Below, one piece after another: positions 1-12,665 of a stretch of DNA of 64,000 bases; within the stretch, counting starts at the first letter, position 1; every line of letters starts with the position of its first letter. Below the pieces are notes generated by a model. That model searched no databases and was not told the DNA's origin. It worked only from the letters and a program-made list of their open reading frames with translations. The position numbers and the translations under genes are program-made. Source of the stretch: Nitrospirales bacterium (lineage in GTDB: Bacteria; Nitrospirota; Nitrospiria; Nitrospirales; UBA8639); the NCBI GenBank assembly GCA_965203295.1, contig CBDBCZ010000018.1, positions 1,472,001 through 1,536,000 on the forward strand, read 5' to 3'.

Positions 1-163
1 ACATCTATCCTCGCTCCCAGGCCCTCACTTCATTTGGTTGCATGAAGGCTAGCATAATATACTTGTAAAAAGTCACTGGATTAATGGAGGTACTGTCTAA
101 CTACATGTACTGGTGTACTGACCACTATTTACAGTATTATAGATAAAAGGTCTAATTACATAC

Positions 164-425
164 CAATGCTTCTCACAGTTGGGCAAAGTCTTTCCTCCCA
201 TTTGACTATGAAGGCAACAGTATGCAGTGCCTTGTTGATCTGTAAAGCAGTCAGAACTGGGTGCCAGTCGTTTCTCTTAGCCTTGTAGACCCGACAACTC
301 AGCACTCCTTCCTTGGCTCCACTGCGTATACTGGCTATAGGACACGTGTCCTCCAGGGCACACAGGCTTTCATAGTAAGCTACAAAGTCTTCAGCTCCTC
401 ACTCATGAATGCGAACAGCCTCCAT
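164..425 (-). pseudogene. CEP78: CEP78 exon 1, duplicate copy with a nonsense mutation at codon 9
   Basis: Paralog of 16846-17107. CGA(R) is TGA at 401-399. GTATGT donor is retained. Confidence 0.85.
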
Positions 426-2119
426 CTATGGTGGAAATAGCAACTTCTGATATAGAGGTATTAGCTCTACTGTACCATGCACAAGCTGCTCTGAATATAG
501 TTAACTCCCTATAGCTACATGAACGCATATTACATTTATTTCTTTCTGGTAGGTTTAGATTGTAGTTGCATTGTCTTGTAAGTACATGTAATCTGCTGTT
601 TCAATGGATTATGAAAGCAGTTCAAGCACCTATTCCACAACATATATGTGAATAAGAAGGTGCTTTGCACTCATTTTGATAAAAAAATTAGGCCAAAAAT
701 TAAATGTAGTTGTTCCAAGTCTGTACTAAAATGACAGTAGAAGAAATGGTGGGACTAAGATCTTTATTTAATGTGACAATATAAAGCCCCTCAGAAGGTT
801 ATAAACAGAATGTTTTAAACAGACAAGTATTTCATCAGACATCTTTAGTGACATACTCTATGAATTTGTGTGCAACATGTGGCTGTAGGTAAAGTACAAA
901 GATCTCTGCAGGCAGGCTTGGAAAAGATGCTATCAGTGTATTAAAGGTATACAAGGGTCACTAACACCTTCAGGTGCTGAGAGCAGTAAGTGTAGTGTCT
1001 GGAGACACTAGCCTTGAGCTGCATATGGGATACGAGTTTAAATCCTGGTTCAGCAAAAACCCAATGAAGGTTTGGAGCAGCTATGGTACAGGGCTGGGTG
1101 CTTCCCTCTTGCTGTGGAAACTGGTACATGTACATACGCCATATCAGCTTCCTACAGTGTTTCAGATACCATTTTTATAACCCAATTTGGTATCTTTCAT
1201 GGCTGATTAAGAATTCCAGTACACTAATTAAATGCTGCAGCTACAAGTATAGGCAAATCAGGATTCTAGAGGTCTGGCAAACAAAGTTAGGATTGTCTCT
1301 ATGATATTATAGAATCTGTAGGTGAAGGCTACACCAACATGTGGACAGCAAAAGTGAACAAGATCGCTCTAAAGTCAGTAGGCATTGTTTGCCCGAGTGC
1401 ACTTCTCCGAGTGAATCAGGCAAACAAACCAATCATTTTGTAATGATCATCAACCTTTGTACTCTCCTAACACTTAGTGTCTTTGGCTATCCATGGTATT
1501 TTGCTCTAGGTGGATAAACCATTGTGGAATAATTTATTGAGTCATACAAGTTTCAGTTGTAATGGTTTACAGTTGCTGATGATGTTGCTGCTGATACTTT
1601 TCCTTATGGACACCGTAAAGCTTCCCTACTAGAGTCTACACTCACCAAATATGCAGCATGTGCAGTCAGTCAAGAAAGCCACACCTCTTCGCAGTCGCAT
1701 GCACTGCAGCAACGCAAGACCGTACTAGCGTGAGACTCTACACAAACGCTTAGCATGCACGTGAGAACCCAGCTCCTCCTGCGTAACACATTTTACGCAA
1801 TTAAAATCAGATGATCTGGAGTGCGCCACTGCTTTCAAGGCAGTTCATGGATTATAATTTAATGCAATACCGTAAGCGATCCCCAAGTTGGTAGAAGTTG
1901 GAGCTAGCTAGACTAACGTGCTACCATAGATAGTAGAAGTTATCTATGGTGCTACGTACCTTGACTCTGGTTGCTGTAGTTTGCAGCAGAGATGCTAATA
2001 ATACCTTTGTTTGCAGCTTTAGTCAAACTCCCTTCCCCGCCCCCCAAAAGAAAAAAAAAACAAACAAAAACAAAGACCCGGCAATGATAAGTGAGACTTC
2101 GACCTGTTCGTGTCTACTG

Positions 2120-2460
2120 CCATACCTCTCATTTCATGTATTATAGGAATCGAGAACGCGGCAAGGAACCGCCAGCTAGCTAAGGAACCACGAAGTATTA
2201 AATGCGGGGGCGGGCACGCTACGATATGCGCCGCGCGCGTCAACGCTTTTCGCGCCAGCTCACGCAGCTCTTGACTGCGTAAGAAAGTTGAACTCTCTCG
2301 AATTAAAGTGCGGAATAATGAAGTCTCTATTCAAGGAACAGGGAGGTTATAGGTATTATCAAATAATTTGTAGCAAGACCTGACAGTTCCCAATTTATGC
2401 CCCACCAGGTAGTTTCACGAGTTCACATGAAACAGTAATTGATTGTAGGTATCTATCAAT
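2120..2460. repeat. CpG/GC-rich block with a GC box, four copies (about 2120-2460, 5495-5850, 18690-19030, 21300-21650)
   Basis: GCGGGGGCGGGCACGCTACGATATGCGCCGCGCGCGTCAA recurs four times in an AT-rich background. Promoter function is not established. Confidence 0.7.
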
Positions 2461-4531
2461 AAATAAGAGTAAAATGGAAGCGGTAACATACAACAAAGAT
2501 TATAGAAGTCTGTCAACATTAAGGATTCTGAAGCATCTTGAAGAGGAGTATATATATCGTTATAAGGCCAAACAAACTTTCATCACAGCCTCTAGTTTAC
2601 AGGGAGAATGGAGAGGAACCAAATTCCCAATTTCATTTCCACCTCTAATTAATTGTACACATTACTTTTCTTGTGTTTGCCTTTAGTGATTGCTGAAATG
2701 AAACATAGGTGGGAGATAATTAGTCACACAGAACACAACTTCAATAAGCAAAGTGGAATGAACCATATCTAAGGAGCAATGTAAGTAACTATGCCTCATA
2801 TTGACAGCCAACTTTGAGATCAGTGTATTCCTAGCAGAGAGAATTGGGGAAGTTACTGCTTCCCAATTAATTGCCTACTCTGACAGAGTGCACACATTAA
2901 TCTTCTTTAGAGATAGCAGATATGTGGGAATAAACAAATTATATATGCAGTGCACAATCGTAATATGCTGCTCTAGAAGGAACTGTGTAAAAAACAGCGT
3001 AAGTAAAACCGTACTCATGACAGTCTACTTAGAGATCACACAAAGTCAGGCAAGATATTCCTAGCTAATTAGGAATCTGCCAGAGAGAATGGCGAGGAAC
3101 CAGCTTCCCAATTCCATTCCCTACTCTAATTAATTGTACACGTTACTTTTCTTGTTTTTGCAAAATGTTACTTCAAAGTTTGCAAGCAGAAAACATAAGT
3201 GGAAGATAACTAATTTAGTTACACCTAACACAACTTCCATAAGAAGTCGTGGAATGAACCATCTAAAAAGCACTGGAACAACAAACAGAACAAAATGTGA
3301 GGAAAAGTAAATAACACAATCTCAGTAAGCTTCTCTAGAAGGAACCATGTAAGGAACCGCACCCCTGACGGCCCACTTTGTGATAACACAAAGCTAATTG
3401 AGAATCTGTCTCTTTACTGCAAAGAGACCAACAGCACAGCCTCTAACTACCGGAGAGAATGGAGAGGAATCAGCTTCCAATTCAATATACCCACTCTAAT
3501 TAATGACACACATTACTTTTTTGTGTGTTCGCACAATGTAACTTTAGAGATTGCAGGCAGGAAACAGGTGGGGGATGATTAGTCTCACAGAACTTGAAGG
3601 AATAATCTACGGAGCAAAGTAAGGAACCGTGCCTCATATTGACAGCCAACTTTGAGATCAGTGTATTCCTAGCAGAGAAAATTGGAGCAGTTGCTGCTTC
3701 CCAAATAATTGCCTACTCTGGTAAGTGCATGCTTTACTCTCCTCATGTTAACACAATGATTCTTTAGGGAAAGGAGACAGGACAAATGTAAAAAAAGCAA
3801 GTTATGCAGTAAACAATTGCAGTAAGCTGCTTTAGAAGGAACCGTAAGGAACCGTACCGCTGACAGCCCACTTTGAGATCACACAAAGTCAGGCAAGGTA
3901 TTCCTAACTGATTGGAAATCTGTTTCTTTATTGCAAAGATACCAACAGCACAGCTTCTAGCTACCAGAGAGAGCGGAAAGGTACCAGCTTCGCAATTTCA
4001 TTCTCCACTCTAATTAATTGTACACATTACTTTTCTTGTGATGGCAAAATGTTACTTCAGAGATTGCAGGCAAGAAACCATAGTTAGTACTCTACAATCT
4101 ATGACGAAACATAGGACGTGGGGGAAATTAGTCACATGCACAGAACACAAATTCGATATGTAACCGTGGAATGAACCATCTAAAAAGCACAGTAGTAACT
4201 GTGCCTCATATTGACAAGAAAGATTATAGACGACTGCCAACATTAAGGAGAAGCATCTAGAAGAGGAGTATATCGTTATAAGGCTAAACAAACTTCTATC
4301 ACAGCCTCTAGCTGCCAGGGAGAATGGAGAGGTACCAAATTTCCAATTTCATTTTCAACTCTAATTAATTGTACACATTACTGTTCTTGTGTTTGCCTTT
4401 AGTGATTGCTGAAATGAAACATAGGTGGGAGATAATTAGTCACACAGAACACAACTTCAATAGGCAAAGTGGAATGAACCATCAATAAGCAACCGTTGAA
4501 GGAACGTCTAAGGATCAAAGTAAGGAATCGT

Positions 4532-5426
4532 TGTCACAGTAAATTTGATCGCTCGGAAATTCGATCGCGGCGATCGCGACAGAATTTACTAGGAAATACT
4601 ATCGCCGAGCGATTCAATTTACTAGGAAATACGGTAGCGCCTAGGAAATATTATCGCACGCTAGCTTTGCACCTTCCCAGCACTCAGCGTAGCTACATGG
4701 CATAGTCTCGTGGATTTTGATCTATGTTCAAACGTTCCCAGGCCACAATCAGGGCTTACCCCCGCTTTCCTTGCGGGCTGGGAAAGACTAATGTAACCGC
4801 AGGGTACTGGCTGCCAAATTCGAGACTCCATACTAGTATAGTAGCCTGCTGGGTTATCCAGCGCTCAGGAAGTCTCTACTCTTCATGTTTTGCTGACTGC
4901 TGACTCATAATGCGATGTGCATGAATAAAGTGTACATGTTGTATACAGAAAACTTATGTTACAGTGCTGGTACGCATGACGGGTGTGAAAAACCATTACT
5001 GCTTAAATACAGCTTCTGGTATTTTTGCACAGGATTCGTGAAACCATTTTCCACACTTGCTGCACATGCGTTCTTCTCCATCGTCTGGCAGCCAGCATGA
5101 ACAGTAACGCCCACATTCTCACTTCCGATGGGCGTTCCTGCTCGGATCGTCTGGGGCGGGAATGGTTCCAGCTTTCCGTCCTTTAAGAAGCATACTCTTA
5201 GTTTAGCTTGGTCATACCTAAGTACATGGTCTACGTTATTGTACACACATTCGTAGGCATACAGCAGATCTAGAGCTCAGCCTGTCCAGGTAGCTAGAGT
5301 GCGATAATATTTCCTAGGCGCTACCCTATTTCCTAGTACTAGTAAATTGAATCGCTCAGCGATAGTATTTCCTAGTAAATTCTGTCGCCGCGATCGAATT
5401 TCCGAGCGATCCAATTTACTGTGACA
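4532..5426 (-). mobile_element. Ginger1-like non-autonomous DNA transposon carrying a Ulp1-type C-terminus and PHD-finger remnant
   Basis: TGTCACAGTAAAT...ATTTACTGTGACA termini, ~135-bp TIRs and a 4-bp TSD (TCGT/CCGT). The empty site GAACCGTGTC is seen at about 7941. The interior (-) reads YDQAKLR..GKLEPFP and, after a frameshift, YCSCWLPDDGEERMCSKCGKWFHESC. Confidence 0.75.
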
Positions 5427-5973
5427 CCGTGTCTTGTACTGACAGCCAACTTTGAGATCAGTGCATATTCCTAGCAGAGAGAATTGGAGCCGTACCTCAC
5501 ATTTCATGTATTATTGGTATCGAGAACGCGACAATGAACCGACAGCTAGCTAAGAAAAAGGAACCACGAAGTAAATAAATGCGGGGGCGGGGCACGCTAC
5601 GATATGCGCCGCGCGCGTCAATGCTTTTCGCGCCAGCTCACGCAGCTCTTGACTGCGCAAGAGAGTTGAACTCTCTAGAATTAAAGTACTACTACAGAAG
5701 AATGGAGTCTCTATTCAAGGAACAGGGAGGTTATAGGTATTATCAAATAATTTGTAGCAAGACCTGACAGTTCCCAATTTATACCCCATGCACCTAGCAG
5801 TTTCACGAGTTCACATGAAACAGTAATTGATTGTAGGTATCTATCAATGGATGCATGTAAAGAACTTTGAGATTGTACTTCTGTAAAATGGAAGCGGCAA
5901 CATACAAGAAAGATTATAGACGTCTGTTAACATTAAGAATTCTGAAGCATCTTGAAGAGGAGTACATATATCG

Positions 5974-6704
5974 TTATACCACATTACATCACATCCAAGG
6001 TGCTTGATTGGAGCAGAAGAGGAGTATAAAGGGTCATATACTACGTACATTTATGTTTTCATCTTTTAATATACTGCTTTCATGCAGTTTTTATGTATTA
6101 TGACATCGTAAATAACTGCTGCCTCTGGGAATGCTAGCCCAGCGTTTCTAGGTACCTACTCCACCCGATTGGTCAAATGTTGTATAAGCCGGATATACCA
6201 CGCCTAGGCAAGAAGCGATTGGCCGCCTGTGTATATGTATAGGATATACTCGAAGTATAAACGCGATTACTCCGCTAGGCTGTTTACCCTCGGCTAAACC
6301 GTCTAGCGGAGTATATGTATAGGATATACCGCGTCTACGAGGAGTATAAACGCAGATAAACTCCGCTAGACAGTTTATCCGAGGCGTAGCCGAGGGTAAA
6401 CCGTCTAGCGGAGTTTATCGCGTTTATACTCCGATTAGGCGTGGTATATCCGGCTTATATCACAGGCGGCCAATCGCTTCTTGCCGTTTGTCATCGCCAT
6501 AGTTACCATTCAGTAGTATTCATTTATTACGTAAACAAAAACACGTCAACGAACATGAAAACACGCATGGAAAACATGAAAACAAAATAGTAGTATAAAC
6601 ACCTTTATACTTCTCTCTGTAGCCAATGAATTTCTCCAAAAGTGATGTAATGTGATATAACTGCGTTTACACTCCTCGTAGACGTGGTATATCCTATACT
6701 TATA
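5974..6704. mobile_element. Crypton-like non-autonomous element inserted at TTATA (paralog about 21770-22512; partial copy about 62755-63127)
   Basis: TTATA on both flanks versus the empty TATCGTTATAAGG unit. Contains TATACCAC/GTGGTATA motifs and a central CTCCGCTAGAC...CCGAGGCGTAGCCGAGG...GTCTAGCGGAG hairpin. The superfamily call is inference. Confidence 0.55.
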
Positions 6705-8766
6705 AGGCTAAACAAACTTTCATCACAGCCTCTAGCTACCAGGGGGAATAGAGAGGAACCAAATTCCCAATTTTATTTCCACCTCTAATTAATTGTACAC
6801 ATTACTTTTCTTGTCTTTGCCTTTAGTGATTGCTGAAATGAAACATAGGTGGGAGATAATTAGTCACACAGAACACTACTTCAACAAGCAAAGTGGAGCA
6901 GCCACAGCCCACTTTGAGATAGCACTTCAATAGTCGTGACAAATGGTTTTATTCCAAATTTAATGTGTTGGTTTTAATACATCATGTTGGCCATAGGTTT
7001 TGTAACCTGGTAACACAAAGACAAGTAAGGTATTCCTAGCTAATTGAGAATCTGTCTCTTTACTGCAAAAATACCGACAGCACAGCCTCTAGCTACCAGA
7101 GAGAATGGAGAGGAATCAGCTTCCAATTTAATATCCCACTCTAATTAATGGCACACATTACTTTTTTGTGTTCGCGCAATGTAACTGTAGAGATTGCACT
7201 CATGTTAACACAATGATTCTTTAGGGAAAGTAGACTGGATAAAATGTAAGAACAAGCAAGTTATACAGTAAACAATCGCAGTAAGCTGTTTTAGAAGGAA
7301 CCGCATAAGGTACCGTACCCTGACAGCCCGCTTTGAAATCACACAAAGTCAGGCAAGGTATTCCTAGCTAATTGGGAATCTGTTTCTTTATTGCAAAGAT
7401 ACCAACAGCACAGCTTCTAGCTACCAGAGAGAATGGAGAGGAACCAGATTCCCAATTTCATCCCCCACTCTAATAAATTGTACACATTACTTTTCTTGTG
7501 ATTGCAAAATGTTACTTCAGGAATTGCAGGTACGAAACATAGGATGTGGGGAAAAATTAGTCACACAGAACACAACTTCAATATAAAACCGTGGAATTAA
7601 CCATCTAAAAAGCACTGTAGTAATCGTGCCTCATATTGACAAGAAAAATTATAGACGACTGTCAACATTAATGAGAAGCATCTTGAGGAGGAGTAGATCG
7701 TTATAAGGCTAAACAAACTTTCATTACAGCCTCTAGCTACCAGGGAGAATGGAGAGGAACCAAATTCCCAAATTCATTTCCAACTCTAATTAATTGTACA
7801 CATTACCTTTCTTGTGTTTGCCATTAGTGATTGCTAAAATGAAACATAGGTGGGAGATAATTAGTCACACAGAACACAACTTCAATAAGCAAAGTGGAAT
7901 GAGCCACTAATAATCAACCGTTGAAGAAACGTCTAATAAGGAACCGTGTCTTGTACTGATAGCCAACTTTGAGATCAGTGTATTCCTAGCAGAGAGAATT
8001 GGAGCAGTTAGTGCTTCCCAAATAATTGCCTACTCTGGTAAGTGCATACTTTACTCTCCACATGTGAACACAATGATTCTTTAGGGAAAGAAGACAGGAT
8101 AAAAATGTGAAAACAAACCAAATTATATGCAGTACAAAATCGTAATACGCTGCTCTAGATGGAACCGTGTAAGGAACCAAGTCAGGAACACTACCCCTGA
8201 CAGCCCACTTTGAGATAGCACTTCAATACCTGAAGAAGGGTGGACACCAAAAGCTACAACCTCTCACTACTAGAGAGAATTGGAGCAGCTACTGCTTCCT
8301 AATTTCATCCCCGCCCTACATCTATTACTTTTCATATGTTCTCACAATGATCTGCTAGAGATATTCGGTACAAACAATAGGTCGTAAACAACTAGTAAAT
8401 TAATATGGTATACAACATCAGCAAGCAACTCTAGAAAGAACCGTGTAAGGATTCGTACCACTAAGAGCCCACTCCGTGAAATATTGTATTTTAAGAATTG
8501 AAGTAAGGATATTCCTTTGCACAACTAATAGGAAATCAGTCCTTGCTTTTTGAAGATGCTAAGAGCCACACTCTCTAGCTACCAGGGAGAAAAAATAATT
8601 GACTGCTTCCCAAACACATCCCAGCTCTAATTTAGCGTTCATAGTTCTCCTTTAAAAGGCAGCAGACAGAACAAAATGTGAAAATAGACAAACTATGCAG
8701 TACCTAATCGCGGCAAGCAGCTCTAGAAGGAATCATGTAAGCAACCATGTACGTACAGTAAAAAAA

Positions 8767-8972
8767 ATGCAGAAAAAGTGGAATTTCTGAAACGTGTTAC
8801 AAGGAAATTTGACAGAAAATCTGGTATTTCAGGTACAATTTAAGGTAGTATAGGATAGGGCAGAATTTCGTGATTTTAAAGGAAATTCTACCCTATCCTA
8901 TACTGTCCTGTACCTAAACTGCCAGATTTCCTGTCAAATTTCCCTGTAACGCATTCCACTTTATTTCTGCAT
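8767..8972. mobile_element. Fold-back MITE (~205-bp imperfect palindrome)
   Basis: ATGCAGAAAAAGTGGAAT...ATTCCACTTTATTTCTGCAT ends; internal GTATAGGATAGGG/CCCTATCCTATAC and GGAAATTTGACAG/CTGTCAAATTTCC pairs. Confidence 0.7.
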
Positions 8973-10574
8973 GCGCGCGGTACCCCTGACAGCCCACGTT
9001 GAGATCATACAAAGTCAGGCAAGGTACGCATTCCTAGCTAATTGGGAATCTGTCTCTGTATTACAGAGATACCAAAAGCCACAGCCTCTAGCTACCAGAG
9101 AGAGAGGAAAAGTAACAGCTTCCCCACTCTAAGTAAGCATACGTACACACTCCTTATCTCATGCAGTTAATTCAGAGAGTGAGAAACAATTATGGTCTAT
9201 GTACTTATATCTCTAGAGATTACTAAGCAACGCATGGTTAAACTCAAATCTTGTAAGAAAATGTCCTACATACTGACAGCCCCCTTTCACATCGCACTAG
9301 AAGAATAATTAAACTAAAGGTGGGAATCCGTCTCTGTACTATATAAATACCAAGAGCCACATTTCTGGGATTATAGTTTACACCAGGATAAACAGTCTGA
9401 AAATAACCTTGGCTTAGAGGTTGAGTGCTTCTGTATATATGTCTGTTGAACAGGCAACCTTGGTACAATGTCACTGCTTCATAGAAATCCCTCTTTGGTT
9501 ATAATAGCTACCCTCATTATTGGCCAGGAATATGTATAAGAGCAACCGAAAAGTGATTACTAAGAAATAGCGACATTGTACCTCAGGGTGCCTGCTTGCC
9601 GGACATACATCACCCTCTAAGCCTACAGTACAACATTGCTTACTAATGAAAGTCTATAACTATTGTAGCTCACCTATATTTTGTACCTGCATACAATCTC
9701 TGAATTAAGTTAAACATTATGCGAGTAAGAAAAGTATGCTATACTAGAGTGTGGAATGAAATTGGGAAGCTGTTACCTCTCCATTTTCTCTGGTAGCTAG
9801 AGGCTGTGGCTCTTCACTCTTAGAAATAAAGTGGTCAAAACACACCTATTAAGGTTGGCGGTAGGGTGTCACACAGCACACCAGGTCACCTGTTTTTAGG
9901 TTGTGTGTGAGTCTCAGAGTGGGTGAACATTCAATAACTCCTGTTCTGTAAAATTTCATAACATCAATTGTGTTCTGTGTGACTAATATCCCCCCACCTA
10001 TGTTTTGTGCCTGCAATCTCTGAAGTAACAATGTGCAAACACAAGAAAAGTAATGTTTAATTCAAGTACGATATCTCCGGGTGGGCTGTCAGAAGTATGG
10101 TTTCTTACACGGTTCCTTCTACGATTGCTAACTGAAGTGATATGTTTTGCATACTGTCTGTACATGATGGTTGTGTTTACACAAGAAAAGTTATGTGTGT
10201 GCTTATCAATTAGAGTGGGGAATTATTTTAGAAGTAGTAACTGCTCCAAGTATCTCTTGTAATTAGTGGTTGCGGCATTATTTGTTGATTCTCACATTTT
10301 GTTATGTCATTCTGCTGTCTGTAAGGAACTATTGCATGAACAAAAGTGAAGTAATGTGTACTGTGTGCACATTATCAGCGTGAAGATTAAAATAGGAAGC
10401 TGTTACTATTCTTCAGGTACGATTAGTTTAGAGGCTTCACAGTAACCACTTTTCAAGGTTGTGTGTTTTATAAGACTGGCAAATAGGAACCCTTGGGATG
10501 TATAGAAATTTCTATACCCTCAAGAACCATACTCTTTCATACCCTTGGAAAATTATGCTATTATGTTTTAAACC

Positions 10575-10780
10575 AGTCCTAATAGTCAGGAAACAGCTTT
10601 GATTTAGAGGTTGAGTACTTTTTAAGTACGGCGAACAGGCTTCCATACTTATGTGAAACAGAATGTACAATTACAGCAAATCCAGTGAACAGGATCCTTG
10701 ACTGTTTCACAGTACTAAGGGAGCCAGTTCGTTGTATTTACAAAAGTACTCAACATCTAAGCCTGACTATTAGGATTACA
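10575..10780. mobile_element. Small TIR element (MITE)
   Basis: CCTAATAGTCAGG...TTAGAGGTTGAGTACTTTT at the left end is inverted as AAAAGTACTCAACATCTAA...CCTGACTATTAGG at the right end. Confidence 0.5.
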
Positions 10781-11748
10781 GTATTCCATTGTATGACTAA
10801 TTGGGAATTGGTACTGAACACTTTACATTTTTGAGAGTAGCTACTTGAGAATAATTACTGTCATTTGTGTCACTTGCTGTTGGTTAATTCACAGTAAACG
10901 TACACGCATGTCACATATCACTGCTCACTCAGGCTCGCTCCAAGATGCCCTGCATCTCCCTAGTACAGTGTCCAATCGCAGTAAGCAACTTCTGAAGGAA
11001 CCATGTAAGAAACCATGTATAGAACCCTACCCCTGACAGCCCACTTTGAGATCACACAAAGACAGCGAAGGTATAGTCCTGGCTAATTGGAAATCTGTCT
11101 CTGTGCTTCAAAATACCAAAAGCTTCAACTTCTAAAACAAGTGACAATTAGATAAGTGATTGCTACTGCGTTAATATTTAACAAACAATGCAGTGTATGA
11201 CAGTGGTAAGCAACCCTAGAAGGAACTGTGTAAGGAACCAAGACAAATCATGAAAGCAAGATGACATTTTGGGCATTTCTTAGTCTTGAGAGGGGTATAT
11301 TCATTACAGAGACAGTGAAAAACAGAATTCTATATGAAGCACTGCTAAATGGTTGGTAGCTCGGCAGAGATTTAGAAATGAAGTGCAGGAGAGTAAAGCA
11401 GGAAAGGAACAGAGCAAGCAGCTCAGATCTATCTAGAGTCAGTAGTGATGCTGAGCATGGTTTGGAAGCTCCAGAAGAAAGAGGAGGCAAGATGATTGAC
11501 GAGGAAGAAATGAGCAAAGAATGGAAAGTCTTTATCTTCATGTACCCAAATAAGCAGAGGGCTTGAAATAAGCTTGCAAAAGTGCCAGTTGACAATCAAT
11601 AGCACAACAGGAGAGGCCTTGTGCAAATGGACAAATCAGTGCAATCACTAGCTGGTCAAGATCATGACTGCAATGGTAACTATATACACACTTACAGAGA
11701 CTATGGGAGTGGCCCTCATTCAGTCCATTCAATACCCACACATTAAAC

Positions 11749-12002
11749 CTACAAGGCCTCTGCCCAACTTTTGCTGCGAGAGAGCCTGGGGACAAAGCTA
11801 CATAAACCAATGGCAGTAGAAACTACATCTACATACCAGTGTGAACAGGCCAAGTGTATTAGCAGCAGCACCAAGCCTGCAATTATCGACTGAATTGCTG
11901 TCACAATGTACGCAATGCCTAAGAACAGGTTCCGTCCACCTAGCCAGGAGATCTCAGCAAGGAAGAGAGATTTGGTCCCTTTATATTCACGCACAGGGTA
12001 GT
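11749..12002 (-). pseudogene. TMEM30A: CDC50/TMEM30 (P4-ATPase beta subunit) C-terminal exon
   Basis: NYPVREYKGTKSLFLAEISWLGGRNLFLGIAYIV followed by a TM segment matches the CDC50 motif NYPV..F.G.K....S..SW.GG.N.FLGIAY. A possible donor lies at 11836; otherwise the frame stops at 11749. Confidence 0.9.
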
Positions 12003-12665
12003 CTGCTGTAGGTTAAGGAAACTGGCTGATAACTTTAACTTACACTGTGCAAACAACTTTCAGAGATATACACATACCTGCATATGCACCTTAAGAATCT
12101 CAGCTTGAACTGGCTAAGTGATTTATACTAGCTAGATGCATGCTACATAGCTACCACACAGAGAGGAGGCTACATATACATCACCAGCAAATGGCTATCA
12201 AGCAAGGAGTCACTTAAATATCTTGTCCACTTCATTATGTACAAGAACTTTAGTAAGCTGTTTTAGCGATGACATCATGCTTCAAGTTAGACTAATATGT
12301 GGCAGTCCCATGAACATTATTCTACCAAGATCGTCACTGCATTCAATGTCTTATATTGCTTATTTTCTGTTAATGGGTGGGGCTCAAATGCACAGTGTAC
12401 ATGGAACAACTACTGATGCAACTACACATAACATTTGAGCCCTACCCATAACAGTCATTGTGTTCTCCATTAATGTAGTGACATGATCAAAATATGCAAC
12501 AGAATATGTTCACTTTCCAACTAGGACCACAGTCATACATGCTAGCCTTCATCCCATGCCTCAACCCAGTTTTAGTCACTTGCAGTATGAAATGTGGGAA
12601 GCTTAGGAACGAGGCCACGTACAATGTATAGACGACTACCGGTATTGCATTAATATGAAGGATAC
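12003..12665 (-). other. U12-type (minor spliceosome) GT-AG intron
   Basis: 5' site GTATCCTT at 12665-12658; branch point TTCCTTAAC at 12020-12012, just before CAG with no polypyrimidine tract. Splicing restores Y-N-Y-P-V. Confidence 0.85.

Larger units (their letters stand above)
1..6875 (+). repeat. Segmental duplication, copy 1 (continues beyond the window start); paralog at 16683-22688
   Basis: ACATCTATCCTCGCTCCCAGG at 1 recurs at 16683, and the sequences are co-linear and near-identical to about 6875/22688 apart from a few indels. Confidence 0.97.
2460..11240. repeat. Old, diverged complex satellite with irregular ~220-350 bp units; partial second copy at about 19030-22688
   Basis: Recurring modules GACAGCCCACTTTGAGATCAC, CACAGCCTCTAGCTACCAGAGAGAATGGAGAGGAACC and CTCTAATTAATTGTACACATTACTTTTCTTGTG. 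Units are reversed at about 9740-10450. Confidence 0.85.

Noticed and set aside
900..1304. Plus-strand ORFs upstream of CEP78 (and their duplicates near 17650)
   Set aside because: They recur only because of the segmental duplication and have no recognisable homology.
11248..11626. Overlapping 60-115 aa ORFs downstream of CDC50
   Set aside because: No recognisable motif or convincing splice link to CDC50.
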